64,000 bases of DNA from Callorhinchus milii (Eukaryota): contig NW_024704742.1 in the NCBI RefSeq assembly GCF_018977255.1, positions 24,306,001 through 24,370,000 on the forward strand, read 5' to 3'. Position 1 is the first letter of the stretch. Every line of letters starts with the position of its first letter. A model generated the notes under the pieces. The model did not search any database. It saw nothing but the letters and a program-made list of their open reading frames with translations, and had not been told where the DNA came from. Made by a program: the position numbers and the translations under genes. Positions 1 through 11,684 of this stretch are shown piece by piece.

Positions 1-335
1 GGGAGATCAAAAGCACGGTCGAAGAGGGACGGTCTTGAAGTGGGTCTTGAAGGTGGTGAGGGAGGGGGCGAGATGGAGGTACTGCGGGTTGGAGTTCCAG
101 AGGGTGGGTGCAGAGTGGTGGAAGGCCTGCCCGCTGATAGTGGGGCGAGCAAGGTGGGGGATGTGAAGCAGGCTGGAGCCCGCTGAATGGAGGGAGCGAA
201 CAGGATGGTAGGGGGTTAGGAGGTCGGAGAGGTATGGGGAGCAAGACCATGGAGGGCTTTGAAGGTGAGGACCAAGATCTTGAACTGTATCCTCTGTGTG
301 ATTGGAAGCCAGTGGAGGTGGGCGAGGATGGGGAG
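1..335 (-). mobile_element. L2-clade LINE fragment (ORF2 C-terminal region), truncated by window edge
   Basis: Minus-strand translation ...PYLSDLLTPYHPVRSLHSAGSSLLHIPHLARPTISGQAFHHSAPTLWNSNPQYLHLAPSLTTFKTHFKT resembles the L2 ORF2 C-terminus and the copy at 12183-12879; frameshifted. Confidence 0.85.
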
Positions 336-970
336 TTATTATTAGCATAACTAAACACTCGATTTGACTTGTGACAACAACGATCGGATTGAACTTTTCT
401 TTAAAAAGAACAGGAGCTGAGTGGGAGGATTCCCCCCCCAGTGACTGATCTGTCCTCCCAAGCCCTGCCAACAAGCCAGGACTTTAACCAACTAAAATTG
501 CACAGCTTATCAGGGTGAACACTGACTGGCACGTTTCCTCCTGCTGGTCCAGTTAAACCATTAGGACTTTGACTTGTCGGGTTAACAGGAGCTGAGAGGG
601 GGGGAAAAAAAATCTCAGTTACTGACAATGCTCCTCCAACAACTGTTAAATGAGCCAAGTTGCCAGGTCCCTCCCTCAGGGGTAGTGACAGGACACTCTT
701 CCAAATCACAGTTGAAGTAAACCCTGGGACTGATCTGCTTCACAGCTCTGAGCCCAGGGACCTCTGGACCAATATTTGACTCAAAGACCTGTTAACTGCA
801 GTGTTTTGACATTGTGTGGGAAAGGGATCTAACCTGAAAGCTTTACAAGCGCCTGTTCCTGCTGTGGTATGTGAAGGACTGATATGAGACAGTTTGTGGG
901 TGTAAGTCAGTACCAGCTTTGGGATGGGGGGTTGGGCTTGAATACGATCTTAGGAAAAACCAGGGTCAAA

Positions 971-1288
971 AATAATAATAATAATAATCGTTGCATTTGA
1001 TATAGCGCTTTTCACGTCGGGAGGACGTCCCAAAGCGCTTCACAGAACACACTGTAAAGTGAATTGACTGTATATTTGTGGGCGAACGCGGCAGCCAATT
1101 GCGCACAGCAATGTCCCACAAACAGTCGTAGATTGAAAATGACCAATTTAATTATTGTTTTTAGTTTTGGAGGGATTATTATTAGGCTCTGTGTGGAGTA
1201 AGGAAACTTGCCCAAGGTTTCGCCCTCTGCCTGGAATTGAACTCAGCTCTCTTGCTTGCAAAGCGAGTGCTCTAACCACTGAGCTACA
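971..1288 (-). mobile_element. Young tRNA-derived SINE (Deu-domain type, L2-like tail, (TTA)n end)
   Basis: Near-identical to 7196-7518, 29426-29739 and 35038-35357; reverse complement has A-box TAGCTCAGTGG, B-box GTTCAATTCC and a TTA-repeat tail. Confidence 0.9.
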
Positions 1289-2223
1289 AAACTTTCTCTT
1301 CTGACAGCTGACCATGAGTCTTACTTCTGTTTAAATTAAAACACCAAGGTTTTTCTCTCTGGCCAACCAGTGAATTCAGCAGCTGATTTTTCTCTTGAAC
1401 TGACTTGACATCTGCTGCTGTATCTTTTTTTTCTTTTTGTGGGGGGGGAGAAGATCCTGTCGAATTCACTTTGCTTTTGATTTCCTTTCGAGTGGATGTT
1501 TTATTGGAACCAATAATCTGATCAATGTGTGTGTGTGTGTGGGGGGGGGGGGGGGAAGGATTTAAATCACAAGGTGGAAAGAAAGGTTGTAGTTCTGAAA
1601 GCAATTGCAACCTGTGATCCACACACACACACATTCACTCTCACCAGAGGAGTCAGGTTCACCTGGAAGCCCCTATGTTGTGAATTGGTCGTTTTTTTAA
1701 GGATTATTAGCAGATCGGAAACACTTTTCTTTTTTTTCTTCTTCCTTCCTTCCTTAAAAAAAATGTAGAAAGGCAGAAAAAAAGCTGCTGGTCGTTTGCC
1801 CCCTATAAAGTGTGAGGTTTTTATATTGATAGAAATATTAGAGGTGTCTGTGTGTGTGTGTGTGTGTGTGTGACTGTAGTAGTAATAATAATAATAATGA
1901 GCTTCGATCTGGAATAGTTAATTAATACAAATGAGTTAAGTGTTTGATAGAGAGGGAGAGAGAGGGAGAGAGAGAGATGAGATCAATACAATACAGACTG
2001 AACCTGTGTCCCTCTCTCTCTCTCTCTCTCTCAGCTCCTGATCTGAGTCGCTGTTGATGTATTTATTTGGTGTTACCAGGGGTTTTGTTTGGGGTTGTGT
2101 GTGTGTGTGTGTGTTTGGGGGTTAATTTTCTCTCTGACATTTACAAACCCAGTTGATGCTGAGAGATGTCCTGTCTTGTCTGTCCAGCTATCAGCTGATG
2201 TATTGTCACTGGGGCAAAATAAT

Positions 2224-2669
2224 GGTCTGGGTCGGGTCTGGGTTGGGTCTGGTTGGGTTGGGTCTGGGTCGGGTCTGGGTCTGGGTCGGGTCTGGTCTGG
2301 GTTGGGTCTGGTCTGGGTTGGGTCTGGTCTGGGTTGGGTCGGGTCTGGGTCTGGGTCTGGTTGGGTCTGGGTTGGGTCGGGTCTGGGTTGGGTCTGGGTT
2401 GGGTCTGGGTCGGATCTGGGTCTGGGTTGGGTCGGGTCTGGTCGGGTCTGGGTTGGGTCGGATCTGGGTCTGGGTCTGGGTCGGGTCTGGGTTGGGTCTG
2501 GGTCAGGTTGGGTCTGGGTCTGGTTGGGTTGGGTCAGGTTGGGTCGGGTTGGGTCTGGGTCAGGTTGGGTCTGGGTCAGGTTGGGTCGGGTTGGGTCTGG
2601 GTCAGGTTGGGTCTGGGTCTGGGTCTGGTCTGGGTCTGGTCTGGGTTGGGTCTGGTCGGGTTGGGTCGG
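2224..2669. repeat. G-rich complex tandem repeat of GGGTCT/GGGTT/GGGTC/GGTCT units
   Basis: About 445 nt built almost entirely from 5-6-nt GGGT(C/T)-type units; produces the spurious ORFs at 2073-2703. Confidence 0.95.
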
Positions 2670-2689
2670 TGTGAGGTGCACTGAGTCAG

Positions 2690-3850
2690 TAAACCCGATC
2701 TAAACCCGGATCGCTGCCACAACCAGGTCCAAATGATTCACAAAGCCCAAATGCTCAGTGAACCGATCCACCAGTAACTATCATCTTAAAGTGAGACGTC
2801 TTTTTTTGTTTTTGTTTCAGACGTCGATCGCTTTCTTTTTTTTTTGGGAGGAGAGGGGAGGAGGGGGGGGGTGTAAAAACCCCCACAACATTGCTTCTGG
2901 TCCCCCCCCCCGACACAAAATGCACCGTTCAATTCACTTTTGCAGCGCATCACCGCGAAGCTCTTCCGAGACGTCTCGAACGTGTTATCGGTTTAACGAA
3001 CGCTGAGAGCGACGTTGCGGAAAATCCGCAATCGGTTCGCTGCGCCCTCTTCCCCCCCCAAAAAAAAATGCTGAGGACAGATCACACACACACACACACA
3101 CACAAGATCGTTTTTATTTCAGGGTGGGGGGGGGGGGGGTGGGCTGGAGGGGGATGGGGGGGGTGGGCTGGGGGGGGATGGAGGGGGGGGTGGGCTGGAG
3201 GGGGTGAGGGGGGGGTGGGCTGGAGGGGGGTGGGGGGGATTGATAGTCTCGCATCTGTTGCAACGATGTGGCAATGTTTAATCTGGGAATATTGGTATTA
3301 AATATTATTATTATTATTATTATTATTAATAGATCGCTCACCAGCACAATGCAATGCAATGTGAGGGGTGGGTGGGGGGTGGGATCGTGGTCCTGGGGGT
3401 GGGGAGGGGGTGGTGAGGGGGTGTATGTCAGTGGTTAATGTTATGCATAAGTGTGAGGCTGGAGGGAGGGAGGGAGGGATGGATGGGAGGGAGTGGGTGA
3501 GTGCTGTCACCTGCAGGAGTCCCGGGAGGAGCTGCGCATGTGGTGTTGGCTGGTTGCCCAGTGGGGAAGGGAAGGCGACCTGCAACACCCACACTCTCCC
3601 TTCCTCCCTCCCTCGTCCCGTGGGGGGGCGAGCAACACCCAGACAGACCCACACACACACACACCTCTCCTCTCTCAACTCAAGGCAAAGTAAGTAGCTG
3701 ACTGTGGCCCTGCTCCCTGGGGGTAGTTGTTGGCGTTGTTGTCCTCCAGGGCTCACTCAGGCTGCAGCCTCCCCTCCCCTCCCCTCTGCTCCTGGTGCAA
3801 CCGGTTGCTGCATGGAAATCGCCACCAGTAAGTTATTCCGCAGAGCTCTC
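2690..3850 (+). promoter_or_regulatory. CpG-enriched region; probable promoter and first non-coding exon(s) of the FHDC1-family gene
   Basis: CpG visibly denser than in the introns; GTAAGT donor consensus at 3690 and 3828; upstream of the acceptor at 11073. TSS cannot be determined from sequence. Confidence 0.45.
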
Positions 3851-5135
3851 CATCTGCTGCTGCTCTCTCTCTCTCTCTCTCTGTCTCTCTGTCTCTGTCT
3901 GTCTGTCTGTGCCTTTCTTTCTTCCTTTCTTTCAGGTTTATTTTTGTTATAGCTTTTGGTTCGTTTATGGGTTTGAATATCTCCTCACCACCCCATACCC
4001 CTCCCCCCCCTCTCTCTCTCTCTCCATATATATATATATATAGGTATATAAATGTTGCATATCATCAATAATATGTTGCACAGTCTGTGCATATAATGTG
4101 TCAATGCAATTGGGAGTTTTAAAATGTTAGCACTTTGAGGGGGAGAGAGGAAAACGCTGCGTGAGTTAAGTTTCTGTTGGGAATATGCAATGGGTCCGAG
4201 GGAGGGGATGGGTTACTGTGACTGGGGGTTTGGATCAGTGGAAGGTCTCTCTCTTTTCTCTCCCCCCTCACCCCCCCCCCCCCCCCCAGACAGACACAGA
4301 CACACAGACAGACAGACACACAGACACTGGCAGCAGCTTTTTACAAAGCCCTCACCCTGAGGCAGACGGCATGAGGGCTGTGCTGGGGTTTGCAGTGCAT
4401 AGAAGAGAAGACACACACAATGCCCTCTGAGATGTTTAAACACTTTGTAATAACCTGCTTCATTCAGTGCAAATTCTCCTCCCCCCCCCAACCCCCAACC
4501 CCCCCCCAAACCCCCTCCCCCACCCACCCACCCTCCCTCTCTCTCTATCTCTCTCCCACCCCCCCACCAATAAAAAACTTTTATTAGTTATAAAATTGAA
4601 AGAATATTTTTTTTTGGGGGGTGAGTGTGTGTGGGGGTATGTGGGTGGGGTATGGGGGGGGGTGGGGGGTGTGTGTGTGGGGGTTAGGGGAGAGAGAGAG
4701 AGAGGGGTAGAGTTGAGTGGATAAAAAGGGCTTGAGCAATGCTGTGGTGTCTATTGATTCCCAGCACATTACATTCTCCTCAGGTTCTGGGGGGGGGAGG
4801 TGGGGGTATTGATCAACGGGTGACTGACTGCAATGATGCCTCCTCTCTCCTCCTCCTTCCTCCCTCCTCCTCCTCCTTCCTCCCTCCCTCCCTCCCTCCT
4901 CCTCCTCTGCTCTGGAGCACTGCCCTGCAGCTCTGCCAGGCTGGGGAGAGGGGAGAGGAGAGCAGGTAGGCAGGGCATTGGGGGGGGGGGGTGTGTGTAT
5001 ATATATATATATGTGTGTGAAAAGGGAGAGGGATGGACGAGAGACTACACAATGCACGTTTTTGTATCTGGTTTTATCAGCAGAACAAAAGGCTGCGGTT
5101 TTAGGGACAGATCCACCTCTCAGACTGTCAAACAG

Positions 5136-5463
5136 TCAGAGAGAGAGAGAGCACTGGAGGGAGAGAGAGAGAGAGAGAGAGCACTGGAGGGGGGGGGAGA
5201 GAGAGAGGGAGAGCACTGGAGGGGGAGAGAGAGGGAGAGCACTGGAGGGGGGGAGAGAGAGAGAGAGAGAGGGACAGCACTGGAGGGGAGAGTGAGAGAG
5301 AGAGAGGGAGAGCACTGGAGGGGGAGAGAGAGGGAGAGCACTGGAGGGGGAGAGAGAGAGAGAGAGGGGACAGCACTGGAGGGGGAGAGTGAGAGAGAGA
5401 GAGGGACAGCACTGGAGGGGGAGAGTGAGAGAGAGAGAGGGAGAGCACTGGAGGGAGAGAGAG
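5136..5463. repeat. Purine-rich minisatellite, unit about (GA)nGGGA(G/C)AGCACTGGAGGGG
   Basis: About ten copies of core AGCACTGGAGGG separated by variable GA tracts. Confidence 0.95.
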
Positions 5464-5789
5464 GGGCCAAAATACTGCAGGTAGGGGGGAGGGAGGAGGG
5501 AGATGGATAGATAGAGAGAAGAAGAAAATGTTAGCATAGATACTGCTGCTAAGGACCCCGGCGTGGCTTGGTTTGTGTGTGTGTGTCTGACTGTCTGACT
5601 GTCTGACTGTCTGTCTGTCTGTAAACCGCTTTCAGATCCGAATTGAGTTCACTGCAAACCTATTGATGACTGAGGCGCAGGTTGTGCAGTGAACACACCG
5701 AGACCTCTCTCCCAACCAACAGTCGTTGTGTGTGTGTGTTTTTTACACACACACACTTCTCTTCCTTTGTGTTTCACTTTCGACTCTTT

Positions 5790-6453
5790 CTTTCTCCCCC
5801 CACACCCCCCTCCCCAGGAAATCCCCCTCTCCCCCCCACCCACCCAAGGAAACCCCCTCCTCTCTCTCTCTTTCCCCCCCAAGGAAACCCCCCCTTCTCT
5901 CTCTCCCCCACCCAAAGAACCACCCCCCTCTCTCTCCCCCCCCCAAGGAACCCCCCCCCTCTCTCTTTCCCCCCCAAGGAACCCCTCCTCTCTCTCTCTC
6001 CCCCCAAGGAAACCCCCACTCTCTCCCCCAAGGAAACCCCCCCTCTCTCTCCCCCCCCCAAGGAAACCCCCCTCTCTCTCTCCCCCCCTCCAAGGAACCC
6101 TCTCTTTCTCCCACACAAGGAACCACCCTCTCTCTTCCCCCCCCCCCCAAGGAAACCCCCCCTCTCTCTCCCCCCCAAGGAACCCCCCCCTCTCTCTCCC
6201 CCCCAAGGAACCCCCCCCTCTTTCTCCCCCCCAAGGAAACCCCCCCCTCTCTCTCCCCCCCAAGGAACCCCCCCCCTCTCTCTCCCCCCCAAGGAACCCC
6301 CCCCTCTCTCCCCCCCAAGGAAACCGCCCCCTCTCTCCCCCCCCCAAGGAAACCCCCCTCTCTCCCCCCCCCCCCAAGGAAACCCCCCCTCTCTCTCCCC
6401 CCCCTAAGGAAACCCCCATCTCTCTCTCCCCTCCCCAAGGAAGCCCCCTCTCT
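5790..6453. repeat. Pyrimidine-rich minisatellite, unit about CCCCAAGGAAACCCCCCTCTCTCT
   Basis: More than 20 copies of core CCAAGGAA(A)CCC with variable C and CT tracts; source of the Pro/Gly-rich ORFs at 5649-6771. Confidence 0.95.
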
Positions 6454-7195
6454 AACTTAGCAGGTAAGTTAGCAGTTAGCTGGCAAGTTGGTGAATGCTG
6501 CCACCTGGTTGCATGCGCTGTAAGCGATCTGTTCCTTGTTTCCCCCCCCCAAAAACACTCCGCTTTGATGCGACTTCAAACACCGCCTCTGATCAGAGTC
6601 GGTCACGTCTGCTCTTGGTCTCCCGTGTTGGTTCAACTATTTCATCCGCCTCATTTTTCCCAAACGCTGTTCTGCTCTGCAAGAAGGATCCAGAAGACAA
6701 GTGTGAGATTTATGCATAACTCTTTTTATTTATGTGTGTGCGTGTGTGTGTGTATATGTATATATGTATGATCTATATTTTTTTAAATCGAGAAATTCAA
6801 TCGTGTGCCTGTGAGTAAGTTTCATTGAAGGGATGCATCAGTTTGTACTGCAGGTCTCATAAAATACTGTGACTAAATTTAGTAAAAGTACAATTTGCCC
6901 TAGATAGATCCATGTCCCATTGGTGAAGGTTTATCTGTGCAAACGTGTTTAAAGCTGCAGGCACCACAACGTTTATTTATAAATTTCGATTATTGGGGAC
7001 AGTATTCAAAAAAAAAAAAAAAGTTCAGTTCAAAAAAAGACATTACAATTGCTTGCCTTATTCTGGTTTGAGGGAGTGGTGGGAATGGATTTTTTTTGTG
7101 TGGGGGGGTGGGCTTTCTATATGTATGTAGATCATTTATCAATTCTCTTGAGTTGGTACTTATTGTGAAATATATTTCCTTGCATTTGATCAAGA

Positions 7196-7518
7196 GGGAG
7201 TCCTGTAGCTCAGTGGTTAGAGCACTCGCTTTGCAAGTGAGAGACCTGAGTTCAATTCCAGGCAGGTCAGGGCGAAACCTTGGGCAAGTTTCCTTACTCC
7301 ACACAGAGCCTAATAATAATCCCTCCAAAACCAAAAACAATAATAAATTGGTCATTTTCAATCTACGACTGTTTGTGGGACATTGCTATGCGCTATTGGC
7401 TGCCGCGTTCGCCCACAAATATACAGTCAATTCACTTTACAGTGTGTTCTGTGAAGCGCTTTGGGACGTCCTCCTGACGTGAAAAGCGCTATATCAAATC
7501 CAAGGATTATTATTATTA
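7196..7518 (+). mobile_element. Full-length young tRNA(Ala-like)-derived SINE
   Basis: Head GGGAGTCCTGTAGCTCAGTGGTTAGAGCACTCGCTTTGCAAGTGAG...GTTCAATTCCAGG; body CTGTTTGTGGGACATTGC...ATTGGCTGCCGCGTT resembles the Deu domain of AmnSINE1/SacSINE1; tail AAGCGCTTTGGGACGTCCTCCTGACGTGAAAAGCGCTATATCAAAT..(TTA)n. Confidence 0.9.
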
Positions 7519-10276
7519 AGAGAATTGACACGTATAATTGTATTTAAGTGCAAGGATTATTATTTAATTGATATAATGCCCTATGTTACAATGTTCTGAA
7601 GTACACTGGGAGAGTTACCTTCTTTTTTTGAACAGTATTATGGAGTCTTCAGCTTGTAGTGGGAATAATCCCAGTGACTGATCTGCTCCTCCAAGTCTTG
7701 CAAATGAACGAGGCCTGCCATGTCCCTCATTAGCATTTATTTTGGTGAGCTGAATGTTTGACACATGCGGAAACCTCAGGCAGACTCCCGACAAAGCAGC
7801 ATCTTCAAGAATGCAACAGTCCCCCAGCACTGAACTGAATCCTAGAATTACACAGCGCAGAAGGAGGTCATTTTAAAAGAACTATCCAAATTAATTCCAC
7901 TCCCCGCGCTCTCCCTAACGCCCTGCAAGCTTGTCCTCCCCAAATAATTATCTACTTCTCTCCTAAAAGTTGTTATCAAATTGGCTTCCACCACCCTTTC
8001 AATCTAATGTCACTTAGACTGAGCTCAAAGTCCTGTCATGGGGTTTAAGTTCTCAACCTTTTAACTCGGAGGCAAACGTACTTCCAATTGAGCCAGGTTG
8101 ACATCTTTAATAAATCTTGAGGTTATTTTGTGTCATGCTCCAAAATAAAAAAANGTGTAACTTTAATACCCTGGTGATCGAACTGTGACTTTACAGTGAG
8201 TGATGAAGGGGCTGCTCTGTGTATTGTGATTGTTTTTATTGGCGTTGTCAGCTTTATTGCTAGAATTTCTCCACCATGATGGATTGTGGCTTTTAATTGT
8301 GATACTATCCTTCAACCCTCCATTGGCTCGGCACTGTGTTGCTGAACCCACGCTATAGTATTCTGGTGTCACAGTGAAGCTGGTAAATATCTGAATGGCA
8401 GTGGTTTATTACTGTAATTAAAATCAACCCTAAACTACTTAAAAACAGTTTCCAACAAATCTGAACATTTTGTCATCACGAGATTTATTACTTTTTTTAA
8501 CTTTCCTGTTCTCTCCTATTTTAACTCTTTTCACCTTTCTCTTTTTTTATCCTTTTTGTTTTTCCACCATCTATTTTGGCCCTGACATCAGGGTCAAGGG
8601 GAAACTTCCTGGGCTAGACTAGTGATGGAAGGGTACTTTCTTGTTCTGGTTCATTAGTTTTTAATGGATTCTCTCTATTCTTTTCGCCCTACATTGTCTG
8701 TCCCTTCATGGACAGTCAATGTCGCTCCTTGGTCCCTCTGAGCAATGCTTTTGAGCTGTGTGAGACAGACTTCCAGTTACTCATTTTAAACCAGTTGTCT
8801 GATTAGTCTTAATTTGTGAAATGCTCACTTTATAAAATACCTGGGTTTAGTGGCAATATGTAGTAGTTACTAATATTTGTAATAAAAGACACAATAATCT
8901 TCTTTAATAATTTACATTGTGTTTTGCTGCAGTGTTTTAGTGTAAAATATTTTAAGATTTGCACAGGCATCCTATTAAGATTCTGTCAGACCTTGTTTTT
9001 AGCCTGTGGGAATTGAAGCTTCCAGTTGATGTATGTTCTGCTTGGAAATGACTGTGCAGAAACTGGCCCACTAGGCTGGTGCGGTCGTGTTCCCAATCAA
9101 GAGTAGGGAAAAAATGTATCTATGGAACAATTTAAACAACATCATTCTGGTTTGCTTTAAATAGCTTAAATGTATATTTTCTGGAGTGAATCTTTCTCCA
9201 ATCCCTTCCACCCCCTTCCATCCCCTCCAAAAACTTCTTATTGCTTCACACGTGCTACAACTTGGACTTCAGCTGAGGCTTCTGTGCAGCAGAAGCCAAT
9301 CTTTTCTGGGCTCCAGAGTGCACAATGTGGTTGTCACCTGAGGCTTGGCCGTGATTCCCCTCACAGTTGAGTAGCCGCCTGACTCTTCCTATCAGGGATC
9401 ATGTGTACAGAATGACCATTTGGATCTGGAAGGTGGCACCCATGAAACAGATTGGCCTTCACTTCCCTTGCAGTTATGTCTCCAAGAGTTCATGGTTACT
9501 TTAAGGAATCCTCTGAACTCTCGTGAAACGACTGGTGGGGAAATCACTGGCAGTCATTCCCGGATTCCTCTTCTCCACGTGGTCTTGGATCTGCTTTATC
9601 ACTTCTGGTGATTGAGTCTGGAGCAATGCCCTGAACAGCTGTTTTTATGAGATGCTATAAAAATATCGAGAACTCGATTAAACCCAATGAGGTGAATGGA
9701 AGAGCGTGCTACTGGTTAGAATCTGTAGTGAGGTCATTACAGCAAATCCTTCTGTACTAGTAATTCCACATTGTAGTACAGTATTAAAATACTGTCAGAA
9801 CATATAAGCAGATTTGAATTACATGGTTTTAAAATATTTCTTTTTCCAATTTGCTTTAACCAAAATCTAGGCATCACGTTTTCAATCTTGAGAGGGACAC
9901 ATGTGGGACGTGCACACAGAAATAATAAAGTAGAGGCTTTATCATCAGAACTTTGCACTAATCTTTCTGTCAACTGTTTTGTATCCAAATTGTTGAAATC
10001 CTATCGTATCTCCAATCTCTCAAAGTAATTTTCACAAGTCCACAAATTCTCCCAGCAACTCAAGCAATACAGATTAATATTATTTAATTTGTGATGGATT
10101 GAAAAAGTGTTTACTTGTAACTATTTGAGAAGCCAAGCAGATAACTCTAATCTGTCAGGCTATCTGATCATAGCCTCACTGCAGATATCAGTTCATTAAG
10201 AAACTTATTGCTTCAGTGATACAGCATCTTTATCACTTGATATACCCAATCTTGCCTGTATTTTTAATGCTCATAT

Positions 10277-10625
10277 AGTTGGGACTTTGAACTGAGAGTC
10301 CAGGCTGACATATCAATGTAGTGCAGGGGGAATGCTGCATTGTTGATGGTTTGTCCTTTGGGTGAGCTGTTAAATTGCTTGTTCAGGTGAACATTGAAGA
10401 TCGCAATACATGATTTAAAAAAGCGAAGGGAATTTCTCACTATGTCCTGGCCTGCTCTTGATTTAAAAGTTGATCATTCACTTAATGGCCGTTTATAGGA
10501 CATTGCTGTGCACACATTGGTGGCATGTTTGCCTACAAATCGTCACTACACTTTACAATAAATTCTGTCAAGTGCTTTGAGATGTGTCGAAAATGTGATT
10601 AGGCACTATCTCAAATCCTTGTTGT
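10277..10625 (+). mobile_element. Old diverged Deu-domain SINE (SacSINE1/AmnSINE1-like)
   Basis: Collinear motifs CAGGCTGACA..AGTGCAGGGGGAATGCTGCATTG..GTTCAGGTGAACATTGAAGATC..GGACATTGCTGTGCAC..AAGTGCTTTGAGATG shared with 36912-37835 and 54350-54746. Confidence 0.65.
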
Positions 10626-11073
10626 TCATTCATTATAACTACTCTTCCTCCTATTGCTAGTTGTCGCTATGGGTCCCATTGTTTGACAATCTCAGCCCCC
10701 CACAGTCAAAACAGATTCCAAAGAGTAATATGGTCATGGTGAAAGATTGTATGAAAAAGTCTTAATTTTGTGGGAAATGGTGGGAACAAGACTGAGGATG
10801 GGGGTGGGGGGAAAGGCAGCACTATGAAAAAAAGACTGGAGGAGGGGTAAAAAACTAGCCTGCTGGTTTATCAAAAATTGGGACCATGGCTGTAATATTC
10901 ATTTTCCCAGTTTGATTTTTTTTCACTATTAATTCAGGTTAGATTTGTCAGAAATCTAAATTAAAAGTTCCCCTTGTTGTGCACTGCGATTGATTACATT
11001 TGTGAATGATTTTCATTTGTTAAATGAATAGATGATCTGTTTTTAACATTGGGGCTTATTGTTCTGTAAACAG

Positions 11074-11270
11074 GTTGCCAATGCATCGTTAGAACAAACA
11101 TGGTTAAATATGAGCCATCCGGGATGTGCACTCCTCAGTGGCCTGTGTCCACAGAATCTGATGACTGAAAGGCGGTTGTCATCTGCTGTCAGCACAATGG
11201 GTGTGATTTAACTGAGCCGTTAAAGACTTTGCAAGAAGAAAAGCCAAGTTATTGTTTTCTTTGGATTACA
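11074..11270 (+). other. FHDC1: Probable 5' UTR part of the first coding exon
   Basis: Acceptor TTGTTCTGTAAACAG ends at 11073; in-frame stop upstream of ATG 11271. Confidence 0.5.
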
Positions 11271-11684
11271 ATGCAAGTGATGAGTTGCCTGTCATTTATA
11301 AATGACAAAGAGAATGCAGGTTCTCCGTTAGTGTCTGATGATTTATTACCTGGACCTCCTCCTCTGCTGCCACCACCCGGATTGTCCCCTCCTCCACCAC
11401 CAGGACTACCCCCTCCTCCACCACCTCCTCCACCACCTCCTCCACCCCCACCACCGGGTCCCCATGTCGTCCATAAAAGTACCAAAAAACGGATACGGAG
11501 CTTTTTCTGGAAAACTATACCGGAGGAGCATATCCGGGGTAAAACCAATATTTGGACCATTCAATCGAGAGAACATTCTTACAAGATTGACACCCAGACC
11601 ATTGAGGAGCTGTTTGGACAACAGGATGCCTTTGGTACGAAGAACAAGAATTCTAGATCTTCGTTTAGAGACAAAGTTGAAGAG
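11271..11684 (+). CDS. FHDC1: FHDC1/INF1-family formin, coding exon 1 (N-terminus, FH1 polyproline, start of FH2)
   Basis: MQVMSCLSFINDKEN...polyP...KKRIRSFFWKTIPEEHIRGKTNIW...IDTQTIEELFGQQD matches FHDC1 as I recall it (MHVMNCVSLVSDKEN, KKRMRSFFWKTIPEEQVRGKTNIW); 414 nt, donor GAG|GTAAAT. Confidence 0.92.

Noticed and set aside
5136..6453. CRISPR-like repeat/spacer appearance
   Set aside because: Cores are only 8-12 nt, spacers are low-complexity GA/CT tracts, no cas genes, vertebrate context.
2073..6771. Many 100-360 aa ORFs rich in Pro/Gly/Trp/Glu-Arg on both strands
   Set aside because: Translations of tandem and low-complexity repeats that lack stop codons by composition; open in several frames at once.
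7196..7275. tRNA-Ala(TGC) gene
   Set aside because: The tRNA-like sequence runs directly into a SINE body and tail and recurs in the same context; poor acceptor stem.
8154..8154. Ambiguous base N
   Set aside because: Assembly ambiguity after an A-run; not biological.
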